Virus record (IMG/VR): IMGVR_UViG_3300023223_001973
Coordinates: 1 to 64,000 of that record
Direction: 5' to 3' (one strand)
DNA length: 64,000 bases
From: a virus
Positions 26,359 through 35,633 of this stretch are shown piece by piece (within the stretch, counting starts at the first letter, position 1; each line of letters starts with the position of its first letter). The notes under the pieces were generated by a model that saw nothing but the letters and a program-made list of their open reading frames with translations, made no database searches and was not told the DNA's origin. A program made the position numbers and the translations under genes.

Positions 26359-27207
26359 ATGGGCATAATGAATCTAGGTTGTCATGCAAGCGCAGCTCTC
26401 AAGGCGACCCAGATAGATGAGATGAAGAAGTATACCAACCTGTTCCAGGTGTTCTTGCAGGCTCCTCAACGCCTGATCCTGGACAAGGATCTGTTGCGAG
26501 ATGCTGCCTACCGATTACGCGATCAACACTCTGACTGCCACTTTGTTATCCATGCCCCCTTTTGGTACAATACCCAGGCTCCTAGCCGATTTCATAAGCT
26601 GACTCTTAAGTCGATTCGCCAGTACCTGGAGGTCTGTGAGGAGTTTGCCTTCTCTCACTATGTCATTCACACTGGCTCTCGAAAGGTGACTGACAAGGAG
26701 ACTGGAGAGGTCACCATTTATGACTTGCAGGAGTCGGTAGAGTTTATGACAAATGCCTTACTCAGTGTAGCCGCTAGTATTGAGGGTACCAGCGTGAAGC
26801 TTTGTCTGGAGAACACACCAAACGTAGGCACTAAAGGAGTGGGTGCTAACCAACTCCTCCATGTAGTTGAGCGTTTTAGGAATAAAGGGCTTAACAACAT
26901 CGGATTGTGCTTTGACACTGAACATGCGTATGCTCATGGTACAGAAGTTACGCACTTTGACAGGTATATCGAGTTCGCGGAAGTCATTCATTTGAACTCT
27001 GTACCGGAGAAGGTTGAGTTTGGGAAAGGGTTGGACCGACACTCTAAGACTCCAATGAGTGAGTCTGTCGGTATTGAGCCTGCATCGCTTGTGCGGTGGG
27101 CTCATCGGTACGCGGACACCATCAAGATCCTTGAGATGAATCAAGGACCGGCAACTGAGACTTTTGAATGGTTGTCTACCAACGATGTCTTGCGTATCAT
27201 TGGTTAG
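26359..27207 (+). CDS. nfo: AP endonuclease family 2 (endonuclease IV-like)
   Basis: HAPFWYN, IHTGS, LENT, CFDTEH, HLN, DRH, ILE metal-ligand motifs. Confidence 0.85.
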   Translation: MGIMNLGCHASAALKATQIDEMKKYTNLFQVFLQAPQRLILDKDLLRDAAYRLRDQHSDCHFVIHAPFWYNTQAPSRFHKLTLKSIRQYLEVCEEFAFSHYVIHTGSRKVTDKETGEVTIYDLQESVEFMTNALLSVAASIEGTSVKLCLENTPNVGTKGVGANQLLHVVERFRNKGLNNIGLCFDTEHAYAHGTEVTHFDRYIEFAEVIHLNSVPEKVEFGKGLDRHSKTPMSESVGIEPASLVRWAHRYADTIKILEMNQGPATETFEWLSTNDVLRIIG

Positions 27208-27247
27208 TGATGGGTGCTAAATCGCACCCCGGAAAAGGAGGGTTGTT

Positions 27248-27610
27248 ATGAACGTCCCTGCGGCCGCGCCTGTGCCGGCCACTCCTGCTGCCCCTGCTCC
27301 TACGGCAGCCCCTGTTGCCGGAGCTAAGCCCGGCAAGGTCGTCATTCCGAAGAAGGATTTTCTGGATGGCATCGTGCGCGCTTCGCTCATGAAGGCCCTG
27401 GAAGGTGGACCGAATGCCAACCTGCGCCTGTCCCGCGATCGCGCTGGCATCTTCTGGGACACGATCAGGAACGCTCTGGTGGCTCGTGCGGAGCAGGGTC
27501 CGTTCTCGATTCGTGGTTATGGCTCGTTCTATATCGTGACGGGCAAGGACCGTGGAGAGGGCAAGAAGCCGAATCGCTATATGCGTTCGCGGCTCAAGCT
27601 CAAGAGCTAA
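27248..27610 (+). CDS. HU/IHF-like DNA-binding protein with Pro/Ala leader
   Basis: KKDFLD...FSIRGYGSFYIV. Confidence 0.55.
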   Translation: MNVPAAAPVPATPAAPAPTAAPVAGAKPGKVVIPKKDFLDGIVRASLMKALEGGPNANLRLSRDRAGIFWDTIRNALVARAEQGPFSIRGYGSFYIVTGKDRGEGKKPNRYMRSRLKLKS

Positions 27611-27670
27611 TTCTGTTTTCCCCCACTGTTGAGTTGGAGGGAAAGTGGATAGGAACCGAGGAGAGTAGTT

Positions 27671-28819
27671 ATGCCAGAGGCACCTAAGGTGTTTGATCCA
27701 TCATCGTTCTTCGGCGGACAGGCCGGAGCTGCTCCTCCTGCGACTCCCTCCGCGGCCCCAGTTGCTGCACCGGCACCCATTGCCGCTCCTGTAGCACCCA
27801 TACCGCAGACAGCCCCTGCTCCGGCAGCTAATGTAGCTCAACCGGGGTTTGGGGTCCCTGCGGCTCCTACTCCACCAGCTCCTGCGGTTCCGACTCCTGT
27901 AGCGGCCCCGGTGGCTGCTGTTCCTGCTACCCCAGCACCACCTGTTCCCGCAGCCCCAGTGGTACCTGCTGCCCCTGCTCAGGCAGTACCTGCTGCTGTT
28001 GCACCACCCCCGGTTGCGGCGGTACCTGTCGCTGCTGCCCCAGTTGTCGCCCCTGTTCAAGCTGCCCCAGTTGTCGCCCCTGTTCAAGCTGCCCCAGTTG
28101 TCGCTGCCGTACCCGCGGCTGCTGCTGATGCCCCCTCGTTTGCTAAGACCCATGCTATTACCTTTGGTGACAAGCTCTCCCGTTACCCTGTACCACGATT
28201 CCGGGGGATCAAGGGATTCACCAAGCGTATAGGCATCCTGAACGTGACTAAGTGGTATGCTGTTAAGACCCACTATGAGCAGGGGATTGGCTACTACTTC
28301 TGCTTTGGCACCGTCTGTTGTGAGTCTAACGATCCTTCAGTAAGGTACTTGGCTCCTATGGTGGCCTACGACACTGATAAGGATGGAAACATCGTATCCC
28401 CCAACTTCGAGATCCAGTACATGGCTCTCTCGGATCAGTACTATGACCATCTGCAGTTGATACACCGGAATTATCCTCTGGATGAGATAGATATGCTTGC
28501 CATGTGTGCTGATGAGACGTATCAGAAGATGGCTTACCAACCCGCTGGTGCTGCCTCTTGGAAGCAGAACGCTGAGTGGGGTAAGGCTATCGTGGAGAAG
28601 TACCAAGAGTTGGAGCCTAACATCATGCGTTGTCATGCTACTCGTTTGGGTAGAACCCCTGATGAGTGTGTCAAGGCTCTGGCTGCTCGTCGTAGCCGTG
28701 GTTCCAACCAGCCTACTCAGACGCAGCCTACTCCAACAGCCCAGGCTCCTGGTGTTGCTCAGTTTGATATGAACGCGTTCATGAATCAGCCGGGAGGCGA
28801 TGCAGCTAGGGGTCGGTAA
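27671..28819 (+). CDS. Putative single-stranded DNA-binding protein with long Pro/Ala-rich N-terminus
   Basis: HY...YYFCFGTVCC metal-site-like segment; sits before RuvC/RecA; ~155-aa PA-rich region. Confidence 0.55.
   Translation: MPEAPKVFDPSSFFGGQAGAAPPATPSAAPVAAPAPIAAPVAPIPQTAPAPAANVAQPGFGVPAAPTPPAPAVPTPVAAPVAAVPATPAPPVPAAPVVPAAPAQAVPAAVAPPPVAAVPVAAAPVVAPVQAAPVVAPVQAAPVVAAVPAAAADAPSFAKTHAITFGDKLSRYPVPRFRGIKGFTKRIGILNVTKWYAVKTHYEQGIGYYFCFGTVCCESNDPSVRYLAPMVAYDTDKDGNIVSPNFEIQYMALSDQYYDHLQLIHRNYPLDEIDMLAMCADETYQKMAYQPAGAASWKQNAEWGKAIVEKYQELEPNIMRCHATRLGRTPDECVKALAARRSRGSNQPTQTQPTPTAQAPGVAQFDMNAFMNQPGGDAARGR
28034..28104 (+). repeat. 27-nt coding tandem repeat (AAPVVAPVQ), 2.6 copies
   Basis: GCTGCCCCAGTTGTCGCCCCTGTTCAA twice plus a partial copy. 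Confidence 0.9.
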
Positions 28820-29484
28820 TGACTTCGATTGTCGCCCTCGATGCCTCTTATCGTGGCTGTGGAATAGCTTCCTTTAGGTTTCCTGACTACCATAGCCATC
28901 AGGCTGCTCAAGATTCTGACCTGAAGCCTATCCTCGTTCTTGGTGTTATATCCTGCTCTGAAGATGCAAGTATGAAGGGTTTTCACACCCTTGTTCCCGC
29001 TGTTGGTGAGATCGTGGTTCCTCTTAGAAAACTGTTTCATCGGGTAGGAGGGAATGGCCAGGTAATCATGGAGATGCCCCCACCTAGGGGACGCATGGCC
29101 CCTGCTCTGTGGGCTCTTGATACCGCGATAGCAAGGGCTGCTGATGACTTTGGGCTATCTGTTACCGGGTGCTCTCCTATCTTGGTCAAGTCTGTTCTTG
29201 GGTCAAAGAAGGCTAAGAAGGAAGAGTCCTGTAAGCTGGTGAAGGAGCAGGTTGGCTTTTTTGACGAGACCTATGAGATGATGCAGTTCTCATTGGGTGG
29301 TGAGCTTACTCATCCTACAATGCTTGATGAGATGACCCTCCCCCTTACACTGGATGATAATAATATCGCTGATGCTCTGATCATAGGTCTGACGTATATA
29401 GCTATGTTGGGTAAGTATGGTAGGTATCTTCCGCCACCCATTGCCAACAATAAGAAGGCTTATACCTTCCGTAAGGTGTTCTAA
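28819..29484 (+). CDS. RuvC-like Holliday junction resolvase
   Basis: IVALDAS, VIMEMP, AKKEE, DNNIADALIIG. Confidence 0.75.
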   Translation: MTSIVALDASYRGCGIASFRFPDYHSHQAAQDSDLKPILVLGVISCSEDASMKGFHTLVPAVGEIVVPLRKLFHRVGGNGQVIMEMPPPRGRMAPALWALDTAIARAADDFGLSVTGCSPILVKSVLGSKKAKKEESCKLVKEQVGFFDETYEMMQFSLGGELTHPTMLDEMTLPLTLDDNNIADALIIGLTYIAMLGKYGRYLPPPIANNKKAYTFRKVF

Positions 29485-30515
29485 TGGCTCGAAAACCACC
29501 TCCGCGTCCTGGAAGGAAGGCTCCAGCTCAAGAGCTAGCAGATTATCAGAAGGTCCTTGACAAGCATAACAAGAAGTATCCTCCTCAGAAGGCTGAGTGG
29601 GTTCCTTCAGGATCTCTGGTGCTGGACTATGTGTGGGGCATGGGCTTTCCTGTCAACAAGGTCACTGTACTGTCTTCAGCTCCGGCCTTGGGTAAGACGA
29701 CGGTAGCTGTATCTACTGCCCGTGGCATACTTGAGTCTGCTGAAGGTCTCGTACTCTATCTAGATGCAGAGTCTGGATTGGATGAGTCCTTGGTGAATAA
29801 TGTTATTGGTGAGGAGCTTAAGTCTAGGTTTATTATTCATACTCCACCAACCTATGAGGCTGTCGAAGAGATGATTCAGGATTATACTGCTACTACCACC
29901 AGGTTGCTTGCTGTGATTATCGACTCAGTCACGGCTCTTCAGACGGAGAAGGTGTTAAAGGAAGGTGATGCTAGGATTGGGTCCAAGGCTGGTTATGAGG
30001 CTCTGTTCTGTATTAAGATGAAGCTCTGGTCTGCTACCAACAAGTTTGGGGTGATCTATGTTAACCAGCAGAGAGCTAACATCTCGATGACAGGACGTGG
30101 CCCTGCAACCCGCCCTGCTGGTGGCTTTGCTCTCCATCACTACTGTGATATTGAGATGCAGCTGCGGAACATGTTGTTTATCAAGAACAGTCAGAATGAT
30201 AAGCTTGGCGTGTGTGCAAGGGTCTTTACTGATAAGAACAGGATGGTAGGGAATCGGTCTGCTCCTCTCTATATTCGGTATGGAGTGGGTGTTTCTAATG
30301 TTACCACCTTAGAGAGCTTCTTGAAGCACACTGGTAGGGTGACTCAAGGTGGAGCTTACTTTAAGATAAAGATTGAGGAGCTAAACATAGAGAAGAGCGT
30401 ACAAGGTAATGTGGGTCTGAATGCCTTTGTTCAGGAGTACTTTGTGCCCCTGTTGGAGCTGATGAAGAACAGTCCTGAACAGTGTCTCGACTATTACGAG
30501 AAATATAAGCCATGA
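29484..30515 (+). CDS. recA: RecA/UvsX recombinase
   Basis: PSGSLVLDYVWG, APALGKTT, YLDAE, IIDSV, NQQR, GGFALHHY, KNR. Confidence 0.9.
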   Translation: MARKPPPRPGRKAPAQELADYQKVLDKHNKKYPPQKAEWVPSGSLVLDYVWGMGFPVNKVTVLSSAPALGKTTVAVSTARGILESAEGLVLYLDAESGLDESLVNNVIGEELKSRFIIHTPPTYEAVEEMIQDYTATTTRLLAVIIDSVTALQTEKVLKEGDARIGSKAGYEALFCIKMKLWSATNKFGVIYVNQQRANISMTGRGPATRPAGGFALHHYCDIEMQLRNMLFIKNSQNDKLGVCARVFTDKNRMVGNRSAPLYIRYGVGVSNVTTLESFLKHTGRVTQGGAYFKIKIEELNIEKSVQGNVGLNAFVQEYFVPLLELMKNSPEQCLDYYEKYKP

Positions 30516-31621
30516 AGGTACGTGTACAAAACTATCAGATCATCCAGGATATCGAGTTTGATATCGAGGGGATCACTGTAATCTCTGGCAAGACCAATAA
30601 TGGCAAGAGTGCCTTGTTCCGAGCTATCCGAGCTGCTTGCTTTGGACAGAAGGGGGACAAGTTTGTTCGACATGGTACTTCCAGTACTATGGTGGCCCTT
30701 CAGGCTGATGATAAACTATGTTCCTTTCAGAGGCAGGGCAAGAGCACTATATTCTATCTGGACTCTAAAGACTATCCTAAGACGGGTGGTAATGCTCCTG
30801 AGGAGTACAAGACTGCAATTAATATGCAAGAGATTGAGGTTGGCAAGCTCAAGATGCTTCCCAACTTCTCTAGTCAGTTCGACGGCTTGTTCATTACGGG
30901 ATTATCCCCGGTGGATGCAGCCTCCGCACTGGCCTGCTTGTTTTCTGGCGATAAGTTCCCTCAGTTGTTGAAGCGGATAGTTAAGTTTGTAAGTGAGACG
31001 AAGAAGCAGATCACTCACACTGAGGGTGCTATAGATGCTACGGATAAGAGGGTTAAGCAGCTGATAGAGATACGTGATACTCTCGTTCCTTATCAGCACT
31101 GGATAGATCAACGTCAGGTGATGGAGAGCTTGATGACTCAGTATGATGCTGTTGCTGGTCTAGTTGATAACTTTAATATTGTTGTGGCTAGAGTGGCTGA
31201 GACGGCTACTGCCGTGGCACAGATTATGGAGAGCCATAAGGTTCTCAATGATCTGGACGATGGACTGCTGGAGAGGCATACTGGGTTGAATGCTGCTAGT
31301 GTTAAGTTGGCACAGGCTTATACTCAGGCGATAGAGGTTGAGAATGTTTATCAGGAACGGAAAGAGATCAGTGAGTGCCTGGATCAGCTTAATCATGAGG
31401 ATCTTGAGAGTCGAGATGCTCTTGCGAAGATTATTACGCGTATTACTCTTGTAAGAAGAGAAGCAGGAGAGTATGCTGAGAAGGCTATGTCGGGTAGTGC
31501 CAAATTGGAGCTGATTGAAACACAGCTGAGCATCAAGTTGGAGGCTATTACTGATTGTCCCTACTGTGAGTCTGTTCTGTCGGCAGATGGTCGCTCCAAA
31601 CTGTTGGAAAGGGTTAAGTGA
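30512..31621 (+). CDS. SbcC/Rad50 (gp46-like) N-terminal half: Walker A, coiled coil, zinc hook
   Basis: VQNYQ, GKTNNGKS, Q-loop SSQFD, terminal CPYC. Confidence 0.85.
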   Translation: MKVRVQNYQIIQDIEFDIEGITVISGKTNNGKSALFRAIRAACFGQKGDKFVRHGTSSTMVALQADDKLCSFQRQGKSTIFYLDSKDYPKTGGNAPEEYKTAINMQEIEVGKLKMLPNFSSQFDGLFITGLSPVDAASALACLFSGDKFPQLLKRIVKFVSETKKQITHTEGAIDATDKRVKQLIEIRDTLVPYQHWIDQRQVMESLMTQYDAVAGLVDNFNIVVARVAETATAVAQIMESHKVLNDLDDGLLERHTGLNAASVKLAQAYTQAIEVENVYQERKEISECLDQLNHEDLESRDALAKIITRITLVRREAGEYAEKAMSGSAKLELIETQLSIKLEAITDCPYCESVLSADGRSKLLERVK

Positions 31622-31872
31622 TGCCAGATCCTATTGATGAATACCGTGCTCTTCTTAGTCAGAAGCAGAAGGCTCAGACTGAGTTGGCTACTGCAAGGGC
31701 TCTTCAGAAAGAGAAACAGAAGGAGCTGGACACTCTCTTGGCCCAGGCTAAGGAGAAGTTTGGTGTATCTACTCTTGAAGAGCTGCAAGAGCTGTTGAGG
31801 CAGAGTGAGGCTGCCATATCTCAGACAGTGATTAATGTCCGTGCTTCTGCTCCGGGACTCTTAAATGGATGA
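31618..31872 (+). CDS. Small coiled-coil protein
   Basis: 84 aa, between the SbcC halves. Confidence 0.6.
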   Translation: MMPDPIDEYRALLSQKQKAQTELATARALQKEKQKELDTLLAQAKEKFGVSTLEELQELLRQSEAAISQTVINVRASAPGLLNG

Positions 31873-32065
31873 TATTACCCTAAAAGTCTTGATTTGGACG
31901 CTCTGCGGTCTTGTGACTGGAATTGGCACTCACTTTATCCTTGGGAAGGAGTATGATGCTGGATGGGAAGCTTGTGCTGCGGGGTTTTTGATGTGGCCAG
32001 CTTTTATTATAGTCTTTATTTATATTGCCCTTTTCCATGGTTTGGGAAGAGCCCGCAAGGATTAG
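31865..32065 (+). CDS. Small membrane protein (two hydrophobic segments)
   Basis: VLIWTLCGLVTGIG; AGFLMWPAFIIVFIYIALF. Confidence 0.55.
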   Translation: MDDITLKVLIWTLCGLVTGIGTHFILGKEYDAGWEACAAGFLMWPAFIIVFIYIALFHGLGRARKD

Positions 32066-32072
32066 TATTATA

Positions 32073-32696
32073 ATGGATGATGTGGAAACACTCCGGGCCA
32101 TAGTTAACAAGACTCGCAATGTTGAGGGTGAGATCAAGACCACTCTTGCGGAGATTGTGCAGCTTGAGAAGACTGTTCAGCATGATAGGAATGAGCACCT
32201 CCGACTGACTGAGCTGGCTGCGAATGATCTTCAGGCCTCAGAGATTATTAAGATTCTCTTCGATAAGCTGTCGGAGAAGGGGTTTCATTTCTTGGAGAAC
32301 CTTGGTACTCAGGCTTTGCAGATCGTATTTCCTGATGAGTCTTATTCCTTTAAGATTAATGTAGGCTCACGTGGAGCTGAGCGAACATCAGAGTTCTTCT
32401 TGGTTGACGGAGGTAAGGAAATACCACTGAGTGAGACCGGTGGTGGGGTACAGGTTCTCCTTGCATTTGTCTTCCGGGTCTACTTTATTCTACAGTACAA
32501 GCTGCGTAGGGTTATTGTGATGGATGAGGCTTTTGCCCAGCTGTCACCGCAGTATCTGGAGACCTTGTTACAGTTCTTGCACGACCTTGTCAAGCACTTT
32601 GAGTTTAAGATTCTGTGGATCTCTCACTCACCGTACCTTGAGGGTCGAGTGACCAAGTTCTATCAGATGGTTAAGGGAAGGTTGATGGTACGATGA
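32073..32696 (+). CDS. SbcC/Rad50 C-terminal half (signature, Walker B, H-loop)
   Basis: ETGGG, IVMDEAFAQL, WISH. Confidence 0.85.
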   Translation: MDDVETLRAIVNKTRNVEGEIKTTLAEIVQLEKTVQHDRNEHLRLTELAANDLQASEIIKILFDKLSEKGFHFLENLGTQALQIVFPDESYSFKINVGSRGAERTSEFFLVDGGKEIPLSETGGGVQVLLAFVFRVYFILQYKLRRVIVMDEAFAQLSPQYLETLLQFLHDLVKHFEFKILWISHSPYLEGRVTKFYQMVKGRLMVR

Positions 32697-32884
32697 GCGA
32701 AGAGCCAAAAGTTGGGGACCTTGTTGATGTGCCTCTAGAGGCTAGACATATAATGGCTGGCAAGAGGGGTTGTTTAAGGGGCGAGATCACTCAATATGGT
32801 GCCCCTTGGTTTAAGGTTGAGTTTGATGAAGGTGTGGTGGTTGACATGTCAGCTAAACAGATGAAACCCTTTATAGTGAGATGA
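32693..32884 (+). CDS. Small KOW/SH3-like protein
   Basis: PKVGDLV...WFKVEF...MSAKQM. Confidence 0.55.
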   Translation: MSEEPKVGDLVDVPLEARHIMAGKRGCLRGEITQYGAPWFKVEFDEGVVVDMSAKQMKPFIVR

Positions 32885-32888
32885 TACA

Positions 32889-33077
32889 ATGAGTCCATTC
32901 GGACCTGAGATAGGTGCTAGTATCCTTGTTCATCCCGATTCTGGTCATATGATGGAAGGGGAGAAGGGTGTTATAAGGAAGACCTTTGCTAGGAATGATC
33001 AGCAATGGTATGTTGTGGAGTTTGAAGGTGAAGTTGAGATGCAGATGACTGCCAAACAGTTCAAAGTGATCCTATGA
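32889..33077 (+). CDS. Small KOW/SH3-like protein, paralog of previous
   Basis: PEIGASI...WYVVEF...MTAKQF. Confidence 0.55.
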   Translation: MSPFGPEIGASILVHPDSGHMMEGEKGVIRKTFARNDQQWYVVEFEGEVEMQMTAKQFKVIL

Positions 33078-33961
33078 AGCTGCTCTTCTGGACTGATCCT
33101 CATATGTCTTCCATGCGGCTGGCTGTCCGAAAGGACGACTATCCGGAGGCTATCTTTCAGAAGGTGTCTCGGGTAATGGAGTTGGCTGTAAAGGAGAAGG
33201 TGGATCTTATCTTATGTGGTGGTGATCTATACCATACCAAGAGGGTCTCTAAGACCTATGAGAATCGGGTGATTAAGCTTCTGTGCTCGATTGACATTCC
33301 ACAGGCTTGTGTGGTTGGTAACCACGATATCTGGTATGCTGATGCTTCTACTGTGGAGAGATCACCGCTTGGTACGTTCTTTGCTGCACATGCCTTTACT
33401 CCATCTCCTCCAGATCTTGTCATTGAGACAGATGATGCTATGATTATCCTGTTGCCTTACAGTCTTAACCCTACAAACTTTAATATCAACTCACCTAAGA
33501 CGAAGATCATCGCTGGACACTACTTCTTGGAGACGGGATGGGATGATGCTGTTCTACCTCCAGAGCTGACTAAGGTAGCAGACTACATCCTCCTAGGTCA
33601 TGACCATGTGACTTATCCCATAGAACGTAGAGAACGTGCCTTAATCGGACGGCCTGGATCCCTGTCTCGCGGTTCTCGTCATGAGCCAAACTGGCACCGT
33701 CCGGTCCTAGTGGCCATTCTTGATACAGATGCCGCTGAACCGTTAAGGTATGTGGAGATTCCACATGCTCCTGCTGATGAAATATTCAGTCGTGAGCGTA
33801 TAGAAGCAGAGAGAACATTAAAACAAGCACGCATCCTTGATGACCTCACAACATCCGTTTCAATGGGGGAGGATGCGCCTGAGATCCTTGCTTCTATGCA
33901 AATGTCCACTGCAGTCCGTGCCCGTGTAGATCACTGGCTTAGGGAAGGTGGAATCACCTAG
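33074..33961 (+). CDS. SbcD/Mre11 (gp47-like) nuclease
   Basis: TDPH, GGDLYH, GNHD, GH, LGHDH, PGSLSR. Confidence 0.9.
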   Translation: MKLLFWTDPHMSSMRLAVRKDDYPEAIFQKVSRVMELAVKEKVDLILCGGDLYHTKRVSKTYENRVIKLLCSIDIPQACVVGNHDIWYADASTVERSPLGTFFAAHAFTPSPPDLVIETDDAMIILLPYSLNPTNFNINSPKTKIIAGHYFLETGWDDAVLPPELTKVADYILLGHDHVTYPIERRERALIGRPGSLSRGSRHEPNWHRPVLVAILDTDAAEPLRYVEIPHAPADEIFSRERIEAERTLKQARILDDLTTSVSMGEDAPEILASMQMSTAVRARVDHWLREGGIT

Positions 33962-33970
33962 GAGAACTTA

Positions 33971-35305
33971 ATGTCGGAACCAACTGCTGAGACTGAAGTT
34001 GCTGAAACATCCTCTCCTGAGACCGTAACCGAGCCTGTTGACACTGAATCTGTTGATATTGGCAGTCTCATGGATGATGCTGGGGAGATGTCGGACGAAG
34101 CCCTGAGCGAGATGGTGACGTCGGTAAGTGATGACTCTGCCCAGTTCAAGGAGCCTGAAGAACCTCACCTGAAGATTGAAGCCAAGCAGCTCCTCAGTCA
34201 TATGAAGCTGTTTGCATCCCAGCACCGATCTCTTGCGGATGTTCTGGCACGTGCTTGCCTGATGGTTGTTCATGAGGACAGCTTCAGTGCTACAATGTCT
34301 AATGGGACGGTATCCAACTCTGTGGTGGTCCCTATTGTTAACAGAACGGAGGGAGTCCCTGATACTATCATCATTGACTATGAGTCTCTGATGAAGGTGT
34401 CTGCTCTGGCAGGTGAGTTTGTCTACCTTGTCTATGTTGATGATGTATTCTATGTGGACTTCTTTGGCGGACGAATACACATTCCCACCTTTGTGATGAA
34501 GCCAGAGGACATTGTTAATCGAGTGACTCTTGAGGCTGAGCCGGTTGATGGAACGCCTGTGGATGCAGTCCAGATGTTACAGGCTATTAACATTGCCAGG
34601 AACTACTTGGCTGCCAATCAGCTGCCAACCTTGGACTTTGCTTTCATGTTTGAGGATGGGATGCTTCTGTCGAATGGGTTTACTGCCCTTAAGACGACCT
34701 TTGAGTTTCCTGTGGAGTGCACCCTGCGGAAGGCTGATCTCCCATTTCTGACTGCTATGTGTGATATCTCCATCCAGGAGCAGGTTCATGTGTTCTCGGT
34801 GGGCACCAAACTGGTGTTCCGGACATCGAAGGTTCAGATTATACTGCCGAAGTTCACTGAGAAGTTCCCTTCGGGGTATAGCAACCATCTTCAGACGTTC
34901 TTGGATCGTAAGGATAAGTTTACGGTGGACTTTGCTAAGTTCTACCTGCTGTTGAACATGCTATCAAAGGTGTATCGAACCTCTGGAGTAGTCCAGTTTA
35001 AGGCTACGGATGGTATCTTGATCATGAAGTCCAGATCTCTTGATGACAAGGTATCCCACTTGGACTTGGCAGAGGATGGTCCGAAGGAGATGGAAGCTGA
35101 TCTCTCCTTTAGTGTACAGGGTCTGTTAGCTGTGTTGAGGGCTATCAAGGTCTTCAAGCACATGGATCTTGCCATAGTGGGTCAAGCTTTCCAGCTGTCT
35201 AATGAGACTGCTGCCTTGGTGGTATTCGGTACTGGCTCGGATATCAAGTCCAAGGTTTTCAACATGAAGAAGGCAGCCAAACGAGCTGAGTATGCAAAAA
35301 AGTAA
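33971..35305 (+). CDS. Putative beta-clamp-like (DnaN) sliding clamp with acidic N-terminal extension
   Basis: ~380-aa alpha/beta core after an acidic leader; DnaX nearby; fold inferred only. Confidence 0.5.
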   Translation: MSEPTAETEVAETSSPETVTEPVDTESVDIGSLMDDAGEMSDEALSEMVTSVSDDSAQFKEPEEPHLKIEAKQLLSHMKLFASQHRSLADVLARACLMVVHEDSFSATMSNGTVSNSVVVPIVNRTEGVPDTIIIDYESLMKVSALAGEFVYLVYVDDVFYVDFFGGRIHIPTFVMKPEDIVNRVTLEAEPVDGTPVDAVQMLQAINIARNYLAANQLPTLDFAFMFEDGMLLSNGFTALKTTFEFPVECTLRKADLPFLTAMCDISIQEQVHVFSVGTKLVFRTSKVQIILPKFTEKFPSGYSNHLQTFLDRKDKFTVDFAKFYLLLNMLSKVYRTSGVVQFKATDGILIMKSRSLDDKVSHLDLAEDGPKEMEADLSFSVQGLLAVLRAIKVFKHMDLAIVGQAFQLSNETAALVVFGTGSDIKSKVFNMKKAAKRAEYAKK

Positions 35306-35633
35306 ATCGGACTTACTCGCTCTGATTGAGGTCTTGGTTGGTAAAGGTGTCATTTCAACAACTGATGCCCGTAGGGTCAAAGAGGTATCAGACCTGGTAA
35401 AGCTTCTAGTCGCTCAAGATCTAGTAACTGAAGAAGAGGTCGAAGAACTTACTATCATGTATGGCGATTTCCTAAATCAGTTGTTGGTTTTATACCAACG
35501 AGGCGTACATGATAAAGATCTCTTCAATCGCTTGAAAGAAAAGTTCGGCGTTAAGTTCCCTAAGATCTTCACTCTTTTGGAGCAGATGCATGAGAATCCA
35601 CGACAGGGACACGATACGGCAGACGCTAGTTGA
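35292..35633 (+). CDS. Hypothetical protein
   Basis: 113 aa, overlapping neighbours. Confidence 0.55.
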   Translation: MQKSKSDLLALIEVLVGKGVISTTDARRVKEVSDLVKLLVAQDLVTEEEVEELTIMYGDFLNQLLVLYQRGVHDKDLFNRLKEKFGVKFPKIFTLLEQMHENPRQGHDTADAS

